Below, piece by piece: positions 19,962-29,542 of a stretch of DNA of 64,000 nt (positions within the stretch are counted from its first letter, which is position 1; every line of letters begins with the position of its first letter). The notes beneath the pieces are model-generated. The model was not told the DNA's origin and made no database searches. It saw only the letters and a list, made by a program, of their open reading frames with translations. The position numbers were made by a program, and so were the translations under genes. The stretch is from Candidatus Kerfeldbacteria bacterium. GTDB lineage: Bacteria > Patescibacteriota > Patescibacteriia > UBA9570 > XYC2-FULL-38-9. Location: the NCBI GenBank assembly GCA_043813585.1, contig JBDRKW010000020.1, forward strand, positions 265,034 through 329,033, given 5' to 3'.

Positions 19962-21230
19962 TTAGGATTTCTGACGCTGCGCCGTATGCGACGAACCGCG
20001 CGATATGTTCACTAAAATTCCTGCCGCAAACAATAGCATGATAAGCGAAGAGCTGCCATAACTGATGAACGGCAGCGTAATGCCGGTAAGCGGCAACAGG
20101 GACAGCATTGCTCCGATATTGACGAACGCCTGGAAGCCGACCCATGTCGCAATGCCGACCGCCAACAGCTTGCCAAACTGGTCCGGCGCATTCCTGGCGA
20201 CCTTCAGCGCCTGCAATGTAAAAATTAAGAACAGAGCCACAACACCCAGCGCAAATATGAAACCGAGTTCCTCGGCAATAATCGCAAAAATCGAATCGGT
20301 CGCAACTTCCGGCAGATAGTTGAACTTCTGCCGTGAATGTCCGAGACCCAGCCCGAAAAAGCCGCCCGAACCGATTGCCAGCAACGCCTGGTTCACATGG
20401 TAGCCGATCCCCTGCGGATCAATCTCAGGATTCAGGAACACCGTCAGACGGGCGGCGCGATACGGCGCAATCTTAATAAGCCCGGCAAGGGCAATAATGC
20501 CGCCCAAAAAAATGAGGCCCAGATGTTTCCATGGCGCTCCTGCGATAAAATACATAGTGACGGAAATGACTGCGATTACAATCGTCGTTCCGAGGTCTTT
20601 CTGCGCCACTGCGATCATCAGCACGAGTGCGCCCAGCATGACCAGAAACGACACAAATCCATACGAAAGATCCTCAACATCCTTACCCCTCTTCTCGAGC
20701 CATGCCGCCAAATAGATGAGGAAGGTCAACTTCACAACTTCGGACGGCTGAAAGTAAAAACCGCCGAGATTGATCCACCGTTTCGCGCCAAGAAGCTCCA
20801 CGCCAATGCCGGGAAGGAATACCGCAAACAACAGCAGCACCGTTACTGCGGCAATCGGGAAAGCATATTTTCGCCAGTAGCGATAATCTACCTTGGCCAT
20901 AATATAGAAACCCACGCCACCCAGCAAAACGCCATAAAACAATTGGTGCTTCAGGTAATGATAACTGTCGCCAAAGGCCTGGTAGGATAATACAGAACTG
21001 GCAGACGACAGCATGATCAACCCGAACAATATAATAACGCCCAGCAGTATGATAAGCGTCATATCCGGCTCTCCGAGTGAGTTCTTCAGTAACGACCGTG
21101 CCCCGGAACGCTTTCTGACATTCACTCTGCTTTCCGGAACGGCTGTGGTAATCTTCCTGCTGATACGCGAAAACGAGCGTTTTGCACGCCCGCGCTTTCT
21201 CCGCTCTTCCGGTGTATAGGACCTCGGCAT
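19962..21230 (-). CDS. ftsW: SEDS-family peptidoglycan glycosyltransferase FtsW/RodA; the N-terminal 56 basic residues may be an over-extension, with an alternative start at 21062
   Basis: A polytopic protein containing the SEDS segments NLGGFYFQPSE and AIGSGGFFGLGLG. The order ftsW-murG-murC-murB matches the conserved division/cell-wall gene-cluster order. Confidence 0.85.
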   Translation of the reverse strand: MPRSYTPEERRKRGRAKRSFSRISRKITTAVPESRVNVRKRSGARSLLKNSLGEPDMTLIILLGVIILFGLIMLSSASSVLSYQAFGDSYHYLKHQLFYGVLLGGVGFYIMAKVDYRYWRKYAFPIAAVTVLLLFAVFLPGIGVELLGAKRWINLGGFYFQPSEVVKLTFLIYLAAWLEKRGKDVEDLSYGFVSFLVMLGALVLMIAVAQKDLGTTIVIAVISVTMYFIAGAPWKHLGLIFLGGIIALAGLIKIAPYRAARLTVFLNPEIDPQGIGYHVNQALLAIGSGGFFGLGLGHSRQKFNYLPEVATDSIFAIIAEELGFIFALGVVALFLIFTLQALKVARNAPDQFGKLLAVGIATWVGFQAFVNIGAMLSLLPLTGITLPFISYGSSSLIMLLFAAGILVNISRGSSHTAQRQKS

Positions 21231-21287
21231 ACGCAGATTATACCAGAAAATGACAGGTTTTTCATCCTGAACGCCATCAATAAAAAA

Positions 21288-21310
21288 GCAGGGTCAGCGC
21301 CCTGCTTTTT
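21288..21310. terminator. Bidirectional intrinsic terminator: stem GCAGGG/CCCTGC with a 6-nt loop, flanked by an A-run and a T-run
   Basis: The plus strand reads aaaaaaGCAGGGtcagcgCCCTGCttttt. On the minus strand it ends the ~410-nt noncoding transcript that lies upstream of ftsW. Confidence 0.7.
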
Positions 21311-21717
21311 CAGTATCTTCCTACATGGTGTGAAAGGACAAGATCTGGGCTGATCTGCCAAATTGCGCGCCCCAATCAACGGCCAGACCTGAACAAAGTT
21401 CAGGCGAGGAGAGAGATTTAGGCCGAAGTTGAGTACAATTTTGCAATCCAGAACGTTTGCCCTTTCATGACCAGGCAGGAAGATCGCGTCATTCTCTCCT
21501 TCTTATCCGGGTAGTTATACCCAGAAAGGTAGTGCCATCGATTATGCTGAGGAGGAGTCACATAATGGAGGCACCACCTTTCCAGGGCTAATCAAACAGA
21601 ACCTCGGGTTTGCTGATTAGCAGCGTTTCTGGGTTAACGTTCCTCCCAGAGGTGTGATGTCTCTAGAACATGCGTTGGAGGAATTGCATATTCGAGACAT
21701 CACACCTTTGAGGTGAA
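21311..21717 (-). ncRNA. Candidate structured noncoding RNA of about 410 nt, class unknown, driven by a near-consensus promoter and ended by the 21288..21310 terminator
   Basis: There is a ~500-bp gap between lepA and ftsW in an otherwise tightly packed region, and it contains no ORF of 60 aa or more. The promoter is TTGACA, 16-bp spacer, TATAAT. A 14-bp perfect-stem hairpin occupies 21650..21707. A 12-bp imperfect hairpin spans 21521..21591. The unit ends in an intrinsic terminator. Confidence 0.55.
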
Positions 21718-21723
21718 CAAGCC

Positions 21724-21751
21724 ATTATACATGAAACAGTATCTTTGTCAA
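21724..21751 (-). promoter_or_regulatory. Near-consensus sigma-70 promoter (TTGACA, 16-bp spacer, TATAAT preceded by TG) reading into the lepA-ftsW intergenic region
   Basis: On the minus strand the -35 TTGACA is at 21751..21746 and the -10 TATAAT at 21729..21724. This places the TSS near 21717. Confidence 0.6.
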
Positions 21752-21809
21752 GGCTCTATTTGGGGATGAAAAAACAGCATCTATGACTAATCTTAGCCAA
21801 ATTATGCTG

Positions 21810-23609
21810 TTATCGCTTTAAAATAGCCAAGAATGCCTCTTGCGGAATATCCACCTTGCCCATTGATTTCATCTTTTTCTTTCCTTTTTTCTGTTTTTCA
21901 AGGAGTTTGCGCTTTCGTGACACATCCCCGCCATAGAGTTTTGCCGTAACATCCTTGCGCATTGGCGGAATCCGCTCGCCTGCAATAACCTTACTGCCAA
22001 TTGCCGCCTGTATCTTCACTTCAAACATCTGGCGCGGCAACAGATCCTTTAACGCCTTCACCACACTGCGGCCGGCCCGCTCAGCTTCATCCCGGTACAC
22101 CATTGATGCCAATGCACCAATCGACTCTTCAGCAACTAGTATATCCATCCGGACGATATTCGCATTCTGATACCCGTTGAACTCATAGTTGAGTGACCCG
22201 TAACCGGACGTAACATTTTTCAATTTATCATAAAAATCCACCACCAAGCCGGCAAGCGGCACTACGTAGTGAATGATCACGCGCGTTTCATCTATATATT
22301 CCAATTCATTTTTTGCGGGAGTCGCGCGCTTTTCCGAAAGCAGCTGCATCACTGCGCCAATATAAGTGGTAGGCGTCACGATGTCTGCGGTCATAACCGG
22401 CTCTTCAATATGTTCGATAGTGGACGGATCCGGCAGATCCAGAGGGGAAGATACAATCTGGTTCTTTCCGTCGTTCGTGAAGACCCGGTACGCCACCGAC
22501 GGCGTTGTGACGATCAGGTCCAGGTCAAACTCCCTCCGCAGCCGTTCACTGATAATATCAAGATGCAGCATCCCAAGAAATCCGCACCTGAATCCAAAAC
22601 CAAGCGCAACCGAGTTTTCCGGCTCATACACCAGCGCGGCATCATTGAGCTTCAAACGGCCCACGGCTTCGCGCAGCTCAGGATATCTTGACGTATCTTT
22701 TGCGTAGATGCCGGCGTACACCATCGGCCTTACTTCCTTGTATCCCGGTAACGGATCCTCTGCCTGATGTGCGCGCAACGTCACCGTATCGCCAACGCGC
22801 GCATCGCTGACCCCTTTAAATCCCGTTACGATATAACCAATCTCTCCTGCTCCGAGGGAATCCTTCTTTTGGAGCGATGGGTGAAACGTCCCGACTTCCA
22901 ATGCTTCTGAATGCGTCCCCTGTCCCATCAAATAAATGCTGTCCCCGGTTTTTATTGACCCGTCTTCAACGCGGACATATGCAATCACGCCGCGGTAATC
23001 ATCAAATACAGAATCGAAAATAAGCGCGCGTGTCCATTCCGGCGTTGTCTCCACCGGCGGCGGAACCTGGGCAACAATCGCCTGTAAGACCTGTTCGACA
23101 TTTTCACCTGTCTTGGCGGATATTTTAATGATATCATCGTCCGAACATCCAATCAGCTTTTGTATCTCAGCGCTCACGCGCGGCACATCGGCAACCGGAA
23201 GGTCGATTTTATTGATCACGGGAATAATGGTGAGATCCTGCTCCAGCGCAAGGTACAGATTCGCAAGCGTTTGAGCCTGTATGCCCTGGGAAGCATCGAC
23301 AACCAAAAGCGCTCCCTCGCAGGCCTGAAGCGACCGGGATACTTCATATGAAAAATCAACATGCCCGGGGGTATCGATCAAATTTATTATGTACTCCCTA
23401 CCGTCCACCGTATACCGCATGCGCGCGGGCTGCAGCTTAATCGTAATGCCGCGTTCGCGCTCAAGATCCATCTGATCAAGAACCTGTTCTTTCATCTCGC
23501 GCTTGTCGACAGTGTGCGTCAATTCCAACAGCCGGTCCGCCAGCGTGGACTTTCCGTGGTCAATATGAGCGAGTATGCAGAAATTTCGTATCTGATCCAT
23601 AGCGTGCAT
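21810..23609 (-). CDS. lepA: Elongation factor 4 (LepA)
   Basis: Has the GTPase motifs AHIDHGKST and DTPGHVDF, and the LepA-specific C-terminal domain. Confidence 0.95.
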   Translation of the reverse strand: MHAMDQIRNFCILAHIDHGKSTLADRLLELTHTVDKREMKEQVLDQMDLERERGITIKLQPARMRYTVDGREYIINLIDTPGHVDFSYEVSRSLQACEGALLVVDASQGIQAQTLANLYLALEQDLTIIPVINKIDLPVADVPRVSAEIQKLIGCSDDDIIKISAKTGENVEQVLQAIVAQVPPPVETTPEWTRALIFDSVFDDYRGVIAYVRVEDGSIKTGDSIYLMGQGTHSEALEVGTFHPSLQKKDSLGAGEIGYIVTGFKGVSDARVGDTVTLRAHQAEDPLPGYKEVRPMVYAGIYAKDTSRYPELREAVGRLKLNDAALVYEPENSVALGFGFRCGFLGMLHLDIISERLRREFDLDLIVTTPSVAYRVFTNDGKNQIVSSPLDLPDPSTIEHIEEPVMTADIVTPTTYIGAVMQLLSEKRATPAKNELEYIDETRVIIHYVVPLAGLVVDFYDKLKNVTSGYGSLNYEFNGYQNANIVRMDILVAEESIGALASMVYRDEAERAGRSVVKALKDLLPRQMFEVKIQAAIGSKVIAGERIPPMRKDVTAKLYGGDVSRKRKLLEKQKKGKKKMKSMGKVDIPQEAFLAILKR

Positions 23610-23641
23610 AGGGTACCAAACAAGCCGGTAAAATCAAGTGT

Positions 23642-25225
23642 TCACCCGGTAATCTGCCTCCACATGCTTATGGCTTTATCCCGAATGGTATACGCCTCCT
23701 TGAAACGGAACTGTGCGGCGATCAGGATGTATGTTACGCCACCTGCAAGAATCGCTGCCAAACTCTGAATAAGTATTCCTTTAAATGTCTGCATATCCAC
23801 CATCGGGGCAACAATATATTTCGCTCCTTGGATGACCAGGCCCATTCCGAGTGAAGCGATAATAATCTTCCAGGTTGAAGAGATAAGCAGTTCGTCATCC
23901 AGGTCGCCATGGCGCACGCGAAGAGTGGCAAGCAATGCGACCATTTGGAACAGTGCCGCTATGGAAAACGCGAGCGCCAGTCCGGTTACTCCCATGGAAC
24001 CGGCCAGCGAAAGCGCGAGCACGATATTTAACGCCATTGCAATTGAACTTATAACGACCGGGGTCTTCGTGTCCTGCTTTGCGAAGAACGAGCGTGCCAG
24101 AAGCGGTATGGCCGCCTGCGCAAACATGGAGAGTGCAAACATTCCAAGAGTTTGCGCAGTTAAAATCGTATCAGTCCAGTCAAACTCGCCGGAACCATAG
24201 ACGAGACGAACGATCTGGGCACGAAGCAGCAGCGTCGCGATAGAAATCGGAATAATAAAAAATAAAATCCGGCGAAAACTTTCAGAAAACAGCTTTTTAA
24301 ACGCGTTGATATCTTTTTTTGCAAACGCCTCGGAAAAAACCGGAAATGCAGCAAGCGCAAGCGACACGCCAAAAATATTAATGGGAAAGTGCTGCAAGTT
24401 ATCCGCAAATTGCCAAATTGAACGCGTCCCTTCGTCCATCGTAGATGCAATCGCGAATATGATTATGATATTCAATTGCGTCAGTCCCAGGGCAAACGCC
24501 CGCGGCGGCATCAGTTTAATGATTTGGCGTACTCCCGCATTCCTCAGCTGCATAATCGGTGCGTAGCGGAAACCGGCACGCATAGCACCAGGTAGCAAAA
24601 TGAGAAAATGAAGTGCCGCTCCAAGAACAACACCAAGCGCCAGGCCAATGTCTCCAATCATCGGCTTCAATACCAGGATGCCTATAATGATTCCGACATT
24701 GTACAAAATCGGCGCCATGGCATACACGAAAAATTTCTTGTACGCGTGCAGAACTCCCGATAACACATTACTCACTCCCAGAAGAACCAAAGAGGCAAGC
24801 ATGAGCCTCGTAAAGAGAACCGTCGTCTCCTGTTGCGCCGCAGTATCGCCAAACGCGATCAACGAAACTATCCACGGGGCAAAAATAAAGCAGAGTACGG
24901 CAAAACCGATGAGGGACAAAAGCGCAAGGTTCAATACCGAATTAGCGATCTTCATCGCTTCCTGTTCGCCCTTGTTCTTTTTAAACTCGATAAACACCGG
25001 CACAAACGCCGCTGACAGCAGACCGAGAACAAAAATATTAAAGATAAAATCCGGAATCTTGAACGCAGTAAAATAACTGTCGAGCAGTTCCCCAGGGCCG
25101 ATTGTTGCTGATAATAAACGGTCGCGTAACAGGCCCAAAATACGACTTAACACTGAAGCAGAGCCGATGATGATGGCTCCGCCCGCTATTGTCTTTTGAA
25201 GTTTTCCGATAAATCGCTCTGGCAT
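23642..25225 (-). CDS. murJ: Lipid II flippase MurJ (MviN)
   Basis: Is 527 aa with 14 TM segments. Contains LSRILGLLRDRLLSATIG and FFIIPISIATLL, typical of the MurJ/MOP family. Confidence 0.85.
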   Translation of the reverse strand: MPERFIGKLQKTIAGGAIIIGSASVLSRILGLLRDRLLSATIGPGELLDSYFTAFKIPDFIFNIFVLGLLSAAFVPVFIEFKKNKGEQEAMKIANSVLNLALLSLIGFAVLCFIFAPWIVSLIAFGDTAAQQETTVLFTRLMLASLVLLGVSNVLSGVLHAYKKFFVYAMAPILYNVGIIIGILVLKPMIGDIGLALGVVLGAALHFLILLPGAMRAGFRYAPIMQLRNAGVRQIIKLMPPRAFALGLTQLNIIIIFAIASTMDEGTRSIWQFADNLQHFPINIFGVSLALAAFPVFSEAFAKKDINAFKKLFSESFRRILFFIIPISIATLLLRAQIVRLVYGSGEFDWTDTILTAQTLGMFALSMFAQAAIPLLARSFFAKQDTKTPVVISSIAMALNIVLALSLAGSMGVTGLALAFSIAALFQMVALLATLRVRHGDLDDELLISSTWKIIIASLGMGLVIQGAKYIVAPMVDMQTFKGILIQSLAAILAGGVTYILIAAQFRFKEAYTIRDKAISMWRQITG

Positions 25226-25239
25226 GATGTTCTACATAA

Positions 25240-27693
25240 TTAGTCCGCCTGGCTCAGCACAATGCCGGCAAAATAGTCACTCGTTAGCATCATCTGGTCT
25301 TCGCCGGTATAGGTCTCCGGGAAAAAACGGACCGCCTCGATTGTTGACGGCAACGCCACTTCCGACACGAAGAAATTCCCAAAGCTGCCGGGCTGTTTCT
25401 GTACCAATAGCGAATACCGGTCAGTCTGGTTCCATATCGATCCGACATCGATGACAAATGGCAGCTGGTACTGCAGTTCCACGGTTGAGCTTTCGCCAGG
25501 CTCCGTCTGAATCCATCCGCCGAATACCGTCTTTTCAAACTCATTATTCGTCGTTATGCCAAGCGCGCCAAATGTCGTACTGTCGCCGGTAATACGCATC
25601 AGATCCTCATCTTCCAGCGCGTTCTTGTCCGGATCCAGGAAATAGGATGACTCAGGCGTATCAAAGCCCTGCGCTGTCAGAAGCCGGCTGCCCTGCGGTA
25701 CGTAGAATCTTGCATAATCAATATTTTTCACGCCGCTGAACGCACTGCCTGAATCCCCTTTATGGATGCGCGTCAGTGTTACTGTATCAATCACTGAACC
25801 GTCCGGCTGGATTTCAGCACGATGCTTGACGACCTCCTCAATGGCTCCGTCCGTCTTACCGCCGGAGATATTCGCGTGAATCACCGCCAGGTAATCGCGG
25901 TCGGTCACTTTGAGTTCCCCTGCCCAGTCATGTTCCGAAACTTCCTGCTGCGCAGTAATGTCGTTCATCGCGACAAGAATATCCTTTTCTTCAAGCGCCG
26001 TGCGCAGCATTGTCACAAGCCGCAACAGGCTCTGCGGATCTTCAGCCGACGCAAAGAGCTTGTTAAACAGTATCGGCGTCATATCGGTAAGGATCTTCTT
26101 TGACTCCCGTGTCACGTCATACTTCTCTTCGGCGCGCACCTGTACCTCGTCATAAAAATTTTCCGAATCGATTATCACGCCGTAATCTTCTGTCATGTCA
26201 ATCGGGCCCGTTATCTCCAGCATTCGCTCAATAACGCTTGGAACGAGGGTGATAACGCCATCAACAGGCTCCCCGCCGCTCTCTTCATAAAACCACTGTA
26301 TCTTCCGCGCGCTTGAAGGAAAATGCGGAAACCAGTTCGCGTCCTGCAAATTCCAGTATGGATTCACCAGATGGAGCGGTTCAGGCGCAATTAATTTCTG
26401 TCCAAACTGGCCGGAGATATCGTACACGCCGCCGCCGGGAACATCCAGGCCGGTAACAACGCCGTTGTAGACATCAATTACGGCCAAACTCCCGATAAAC
26501 CCGCCGGTCGGGCGCATTTCATAATTATTCTGGAATAAAACCAAGTACCGTTTTTGCTCATCATGCCCAAGGACGGTAAGCAACAATTCGGTCATATCAA
26601 GTCCATCCCGCAGCGCGCGCTGCACCGCCGGCAGCGATGTTGTTGCTGACGCCACAATACCACGCTTATCTTCCGGAACAGCTTCGAGCGATACTTCATT
26701 TAAATGCATTGCCGCTGAATCGATGTATTGAACTGACGAATCAAGAGCGGAATGCACCACGAGTAGCACGGCGGTTAACCCCTGCTTATTATCCTGCGCT
26801 ACTGCCGATAAATCTACCGAAGATAAAACGCCAAGCGCTTTTGACATTTGCTCGCCTGCAGCTGCCAGGTCCTCTCCTGCCGAAACCAGATGCGTGCCTG
26901 AATAGAGTTGCTTTCCTTTTCCAGGAATATATTTTGCCACAGAAACAATAACCGAATTCAGCGAAGCCAGCTCCGCCTGCACCGATTCAAAGCGGTCCGA
27001 AGCAAGGCCGAACTCTGTCTCCGCTTCGGTAAAATCAAAACCCATCAGGCTGTCACCGGCGAGCTGCAAGTGTTCAAACGCTTCTTCAGAGGACTTCACA
27101 ACGACCCGCTCGAGGTCTGAGCTGGTGTTCAGCATTGCTGAAACGCTGGCCGGCAATACAAATACCAACGCCAGCAACACAAATGCACCAAGCGGCTTCC
27201 CGACCGTTGTAAACGACAGCCCGAATATCGGCAGTTTGTCCTTCTTCGCCTCTGACATCTGCGCATTAGTAATCGGACGATTCCAATACGACTCGCGCGG
27301 TTTCTTCTGTTTCTTTTGCCGCACAGGTTTTACAGCGCTTTTTGGCTTTTTCGGCGCTTCCACCCGTGAAAACAATCCTGCCTTCTTATTTTTTCCTGTC
27401 GTTTTCGCTATTGAAAATGGCACCGAAAGATCATCCTCTGGCGCGCTTTTACCCCTCTTTGCTTTCTTTATCTTTTTTCGCTGCGTCTTCAGTACAGCCT
27501 GCTTTTCTCTTCGCTCTTTCTTTCCGCTTACTGCCTCTTGTTTAGCGACAATACTGCGCAAATCCAAAACATTCAAATGAGGAATCGTTTCTTGTTCCGG
27601 AGATGATTCGCCTTTATATGTTGAGATTCGAATCGTTTCAACCTTTGGCCTGCTCCGACGTGTTGTTTTCTTTGTGTTTTCCAAGTTGCTCAT
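25240..27693 (-). CDS. DUF4012-like envelope protein: a Lys-rich cytoplasmic N-terminal tail, a single TM and a large extracytoplasmic domain
   Basis: About 160 Lys/Arg-rich residues precede the TM helix LGAFVLLALVFVLPA. LVLFQNNYEMRPTGGFIGSLAV resembles the DUF4012 signature. Its start overlaps the GT4 gene by 56 bp. Confidence 0.5.
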   Translation of the reverse strand: MSNLENTKKTTRRSRPKVETIRISTYKGESSPEQETIPHLNVLDLRSIVAKQEAVSGKKERREKQAVLKTQRKKIKKAKRGKSAPEDDLSVPFSIAKTTGKNKKAGLFSRVEAPKKPKSAVKPVRQKKQKKPRESYWNRPITNAQMSEAKKDKLPIFGLSFTTVGKPLGAFVLLALVFVLPASVSAMLNTSSDLERVVVKSSEEAFEHLQLAGDSLMGFDFTEAETEFGLASDRFESVQAELASLNSVIVSVAKYIPGKGKQLYSGTHLVSAGEDLAAAGEQMSKALGVLSSVDLSAVAQDNKQGLTAVLLVVHSALDSSVQYIDSAAMHLNEVSLEAVPEDKRGIVASATTSLPAVQRALRDGLDMTELLLTVLGHDEQKRYLVLFQNNYEMRPTGGFIGSLAVIDVYNGVVTGLDVPGGGVYDISGQFGQKLIAPEPLHLVNPYWNLQDANWFPHFPSSARKIQWFYEESGGEPVDGVITLVPSVIERMLEITGPIDMTEDYGVIIDSENFYDEVQVRAEEKYDVTRESKKILTDMTPILFNKLFASAEDPQSLLRLVTMLRTALEEKDILVAMNDITAQQEVSEHDWAGELKVTDRDYLAVIHANISGGKTDGAIEEVVKHRAEIQPDGSVIDTVTLTRIHKGDSGSAFSGVKNIDYARFYVPQGSRLLTAQGFDTPESSYFLDPDKNALEDEDLMRITGDSTTFGALGITTNNEFEKTVFGGWIQTEPGESSTVELQYQLPFVIDVGSIWNQTDRYSLLVQKQPGSFGNFFVSEVALPSTIEAVRFFPETYTGEDQMMLTSDYFAGIVLSQAD

Positions 27694-28813
27694 AAAGATT
27701 GAGGGTTTGTCTCGCCATGTCGCTCCACGAATACTTCTTCACCTGAAGAAAACCCTTATTGATCAGCTCTTGCCTTGTTGAAGGGTTATCACTAACCGTT
27801 TTAATGGCGTTTATTATACCAGAAACGTCCTCCGGATGGAAGTATAGTGCCGCGTCCCCTAGTATCTCATGCAGGCAGGATGATTTTGCCGCCAGTACCG
27901 GTGCGCCATAGCTCATCGCTTCCAATGGCGGAAGGCCAAAACCCTCATACCGCGAAGGAAAAATATACGCCAGCGCATTTCTATACAGCGCCGGTAGCTC
28001 TTTGTCCGGAACAAACTCGGTAAACAGGACGTTGTCATCAACGTTCTTCGCCCATGCATCCTGCTTCAATCGTTTATAAAAATGATCCATCTTGCCAACG
28101 AGTACGAACTTCCATGGCACCTGGTCATAAGTATCATTCAGCATTTTGGCAACGTCCAGCAGCGTCTCCAGGTTTTTATGCGGATACGCGTTGCCAACAT
28201 ACAACACGTACGGCTTCTTTATGGAGTAGCCGGCCAACACGCTTTCGTCATCCGACACGTCTTCATCCTGCCGCGGGGCATCGGCCGCCTCATAGGTTAC
28301 CGTGACTTTCTCGCCAGGAATATCGTAATAGCGAACTATATCCTGCTTGGAAAATTCCGACACCGTAATGATTTGCTGCGAATTACGCACCGCATGGCGC
28401 ATGACCATCTTACCGGCCCAATGCTTGAACTTATACAGCAGCGGTCCTAGCGTTGTTGCGCGCTCTGTAGGAAAATGAATGATGATAAGGTCATGGATTG
28501 TCGCGATGAAAGGTTTCCGGTACATCAACGGCACGTTAAAATGAGGGAAGTGCATGAAATCAACACCTGCTCTCCAAATCTTCAGCGGCATAAACACCTG
28601 CTCTTTAAACGTATACCAGTGGTATGGTGCGAGGACTGGCGTAAATTTCGGATTGGAAATCTTCCAGTTCTTAAAAGAGTCTTCCTGAAGAAAAACCACA
28701 TATTCATTGTCGTGGTCGTATTCAGCGAGGTATTCAATCAGCTTCTGCGTATACCGTCCTAACCCCTTTGACTGCTCGCCGCCATAAAATCGTGCGTCGA
28801 TGCCAATCTTCAT
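27638..28813 (-). CDS. GT4-family glycosyltransferase
   Basis: The C-terminal EX7E region is EGFGLPPLEAMSYGAPVLAAKSSCLHEILGDAALYF. Confidence 0.75.
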   Translation of the reverse strand: MKIGIDARFYGGEQSKGLGRYTQKLIEYLAEYDHDNEYVVFLQEDSFKNWKISNPKFTPVLAPYHWYTFKEQVFMPLKIWRAGVDFMHFPHFNVPLMYRKPFIATIHDLIIIHFPTERATTLGPLLYKFKHWAGKMVMRHAVRNSQQIITVSEFSKQDIVRYYDIPGEKVTVTYEAADAPRQDEDVSDDESVLAGYSIKKPYVLYVGNAYPHKNLETLLDVAKMLNDTYDQVPWKFVLVGKMDHFYKRLKQDAWAKNVDDNVLFTEFVPDKELPALYRNALAYIFPSRYEGFGLPPLEAMSYGAPVLAAKSSCLHEILGDAALYFHPEDVSGIINAIKTVSDNPSTRQELINKGFLQVKKYSWSDMARQTLNLYEQLGKHKENNTSEQAKG

Positions 28814-29523
28814 TTAACGGCTTTGAAAATAATAAATGGCGGATGGTGGCGTTCCTCCCCTAACCGTTTGTCATCCTGGTATTCAACCGCAATCGGCTCC
28901 AGAACGCCCGTAATCATGAAGCCTGCTCCCTTTATCACATCCTCGTAGTCTTTCCGGGTCCAATAATAGTCATCGAACTCCAGGTCTATGCTGTTGGTGA
29001 AAAGCCGGACATGCACACGATCGCCGCTTTTTTCGTCATGTATTTCATCGGACTGAAATGACGTAAACTTCTTCCCGTGCGTTTCCGGATGCGGATCCAT
29101 AAGCACAAAAACTCCGCCGTCAGGAAGCTTATTGTAGATGCGCTGCGTCAGGTCTTGCAGCGTTTCCTTGTTTGGAATAGTGCAGTAGACAAAATTTGCG
29201 CAGACACGGTCAAACTCGAATGCATCCACCTCTTCATGAGTAATGATATGGTGGTACTCAATGCCCAAACTGGTCTCCGTGCGGCGCAGCGCATTATCTA
29301 TTGCAGCCTGGGATGTATCAACCCCGATAATGCGCGATAACGGGTATTGGCGCGCAGTATAGCGCGTAAACCTGCCGTTGCCGCACCCGTAATCGAGTAT
29401 GGTCCGACGGTTAAGGTCGCCGAACAATTTGAGTACGCTCGGGTAACCCAACAACCAGTCAGTCGTCGCGTTAACCGCCTGGTACATGTCTGCCAATTCA
29501 TCCCAATACTGCTTCGTATCCAT
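28810..29523 (-). CDS. Class I SAM-dependent methyltransferase
   Basis: Motif I is ILDYGCGNGRFT. There is a 4-bp overlap with the downstream GT4 gene. Confidence 0.75.
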   Translation of the reverse strand: MDTKQYWDELADMYQAVNATTDWLLGYPSVLKLFGDLNRRTILDYGCGNGRFTRYTARQYPLSRIIGVDTSQAAIDNALRRTETSLGIEYHHIITHEEVDAFEFDRVCANFVYCTIPNKETLQDLTQRIYNKLPDGGVFVLMDPHPETHGKKFTSFQSDEIHDEKSGDRVHVRLFTNSIDLEFDDYYWTRKDYEDVIKGAGFMITGVLEPIAVEYQDDKRLGEERHHPPFIIFKAVK

Positions 29524-29542
29524 AATGATAGTATACCACGAT

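Noticed and set aside
21306-21717. Classification of the intergenic RNA as RNase P RNA, tmRNA, SRP RNA or 6S RNA
   Set aside because: GGAAAGGUGGUGCCUCCAU resembles the P4 5' strand of RNase P, but its pairing partner lies in the same local hairpin. The ACAGAACC-like element is on the opposite strand. There is no tRNA-like T-arm, CCA end or ALAA-type tag ORF as in tmRNA. There is no GGAAGGAAGCAGC SRP domain IV motif. The 410-nt length is too long for 6S. The class is left open.
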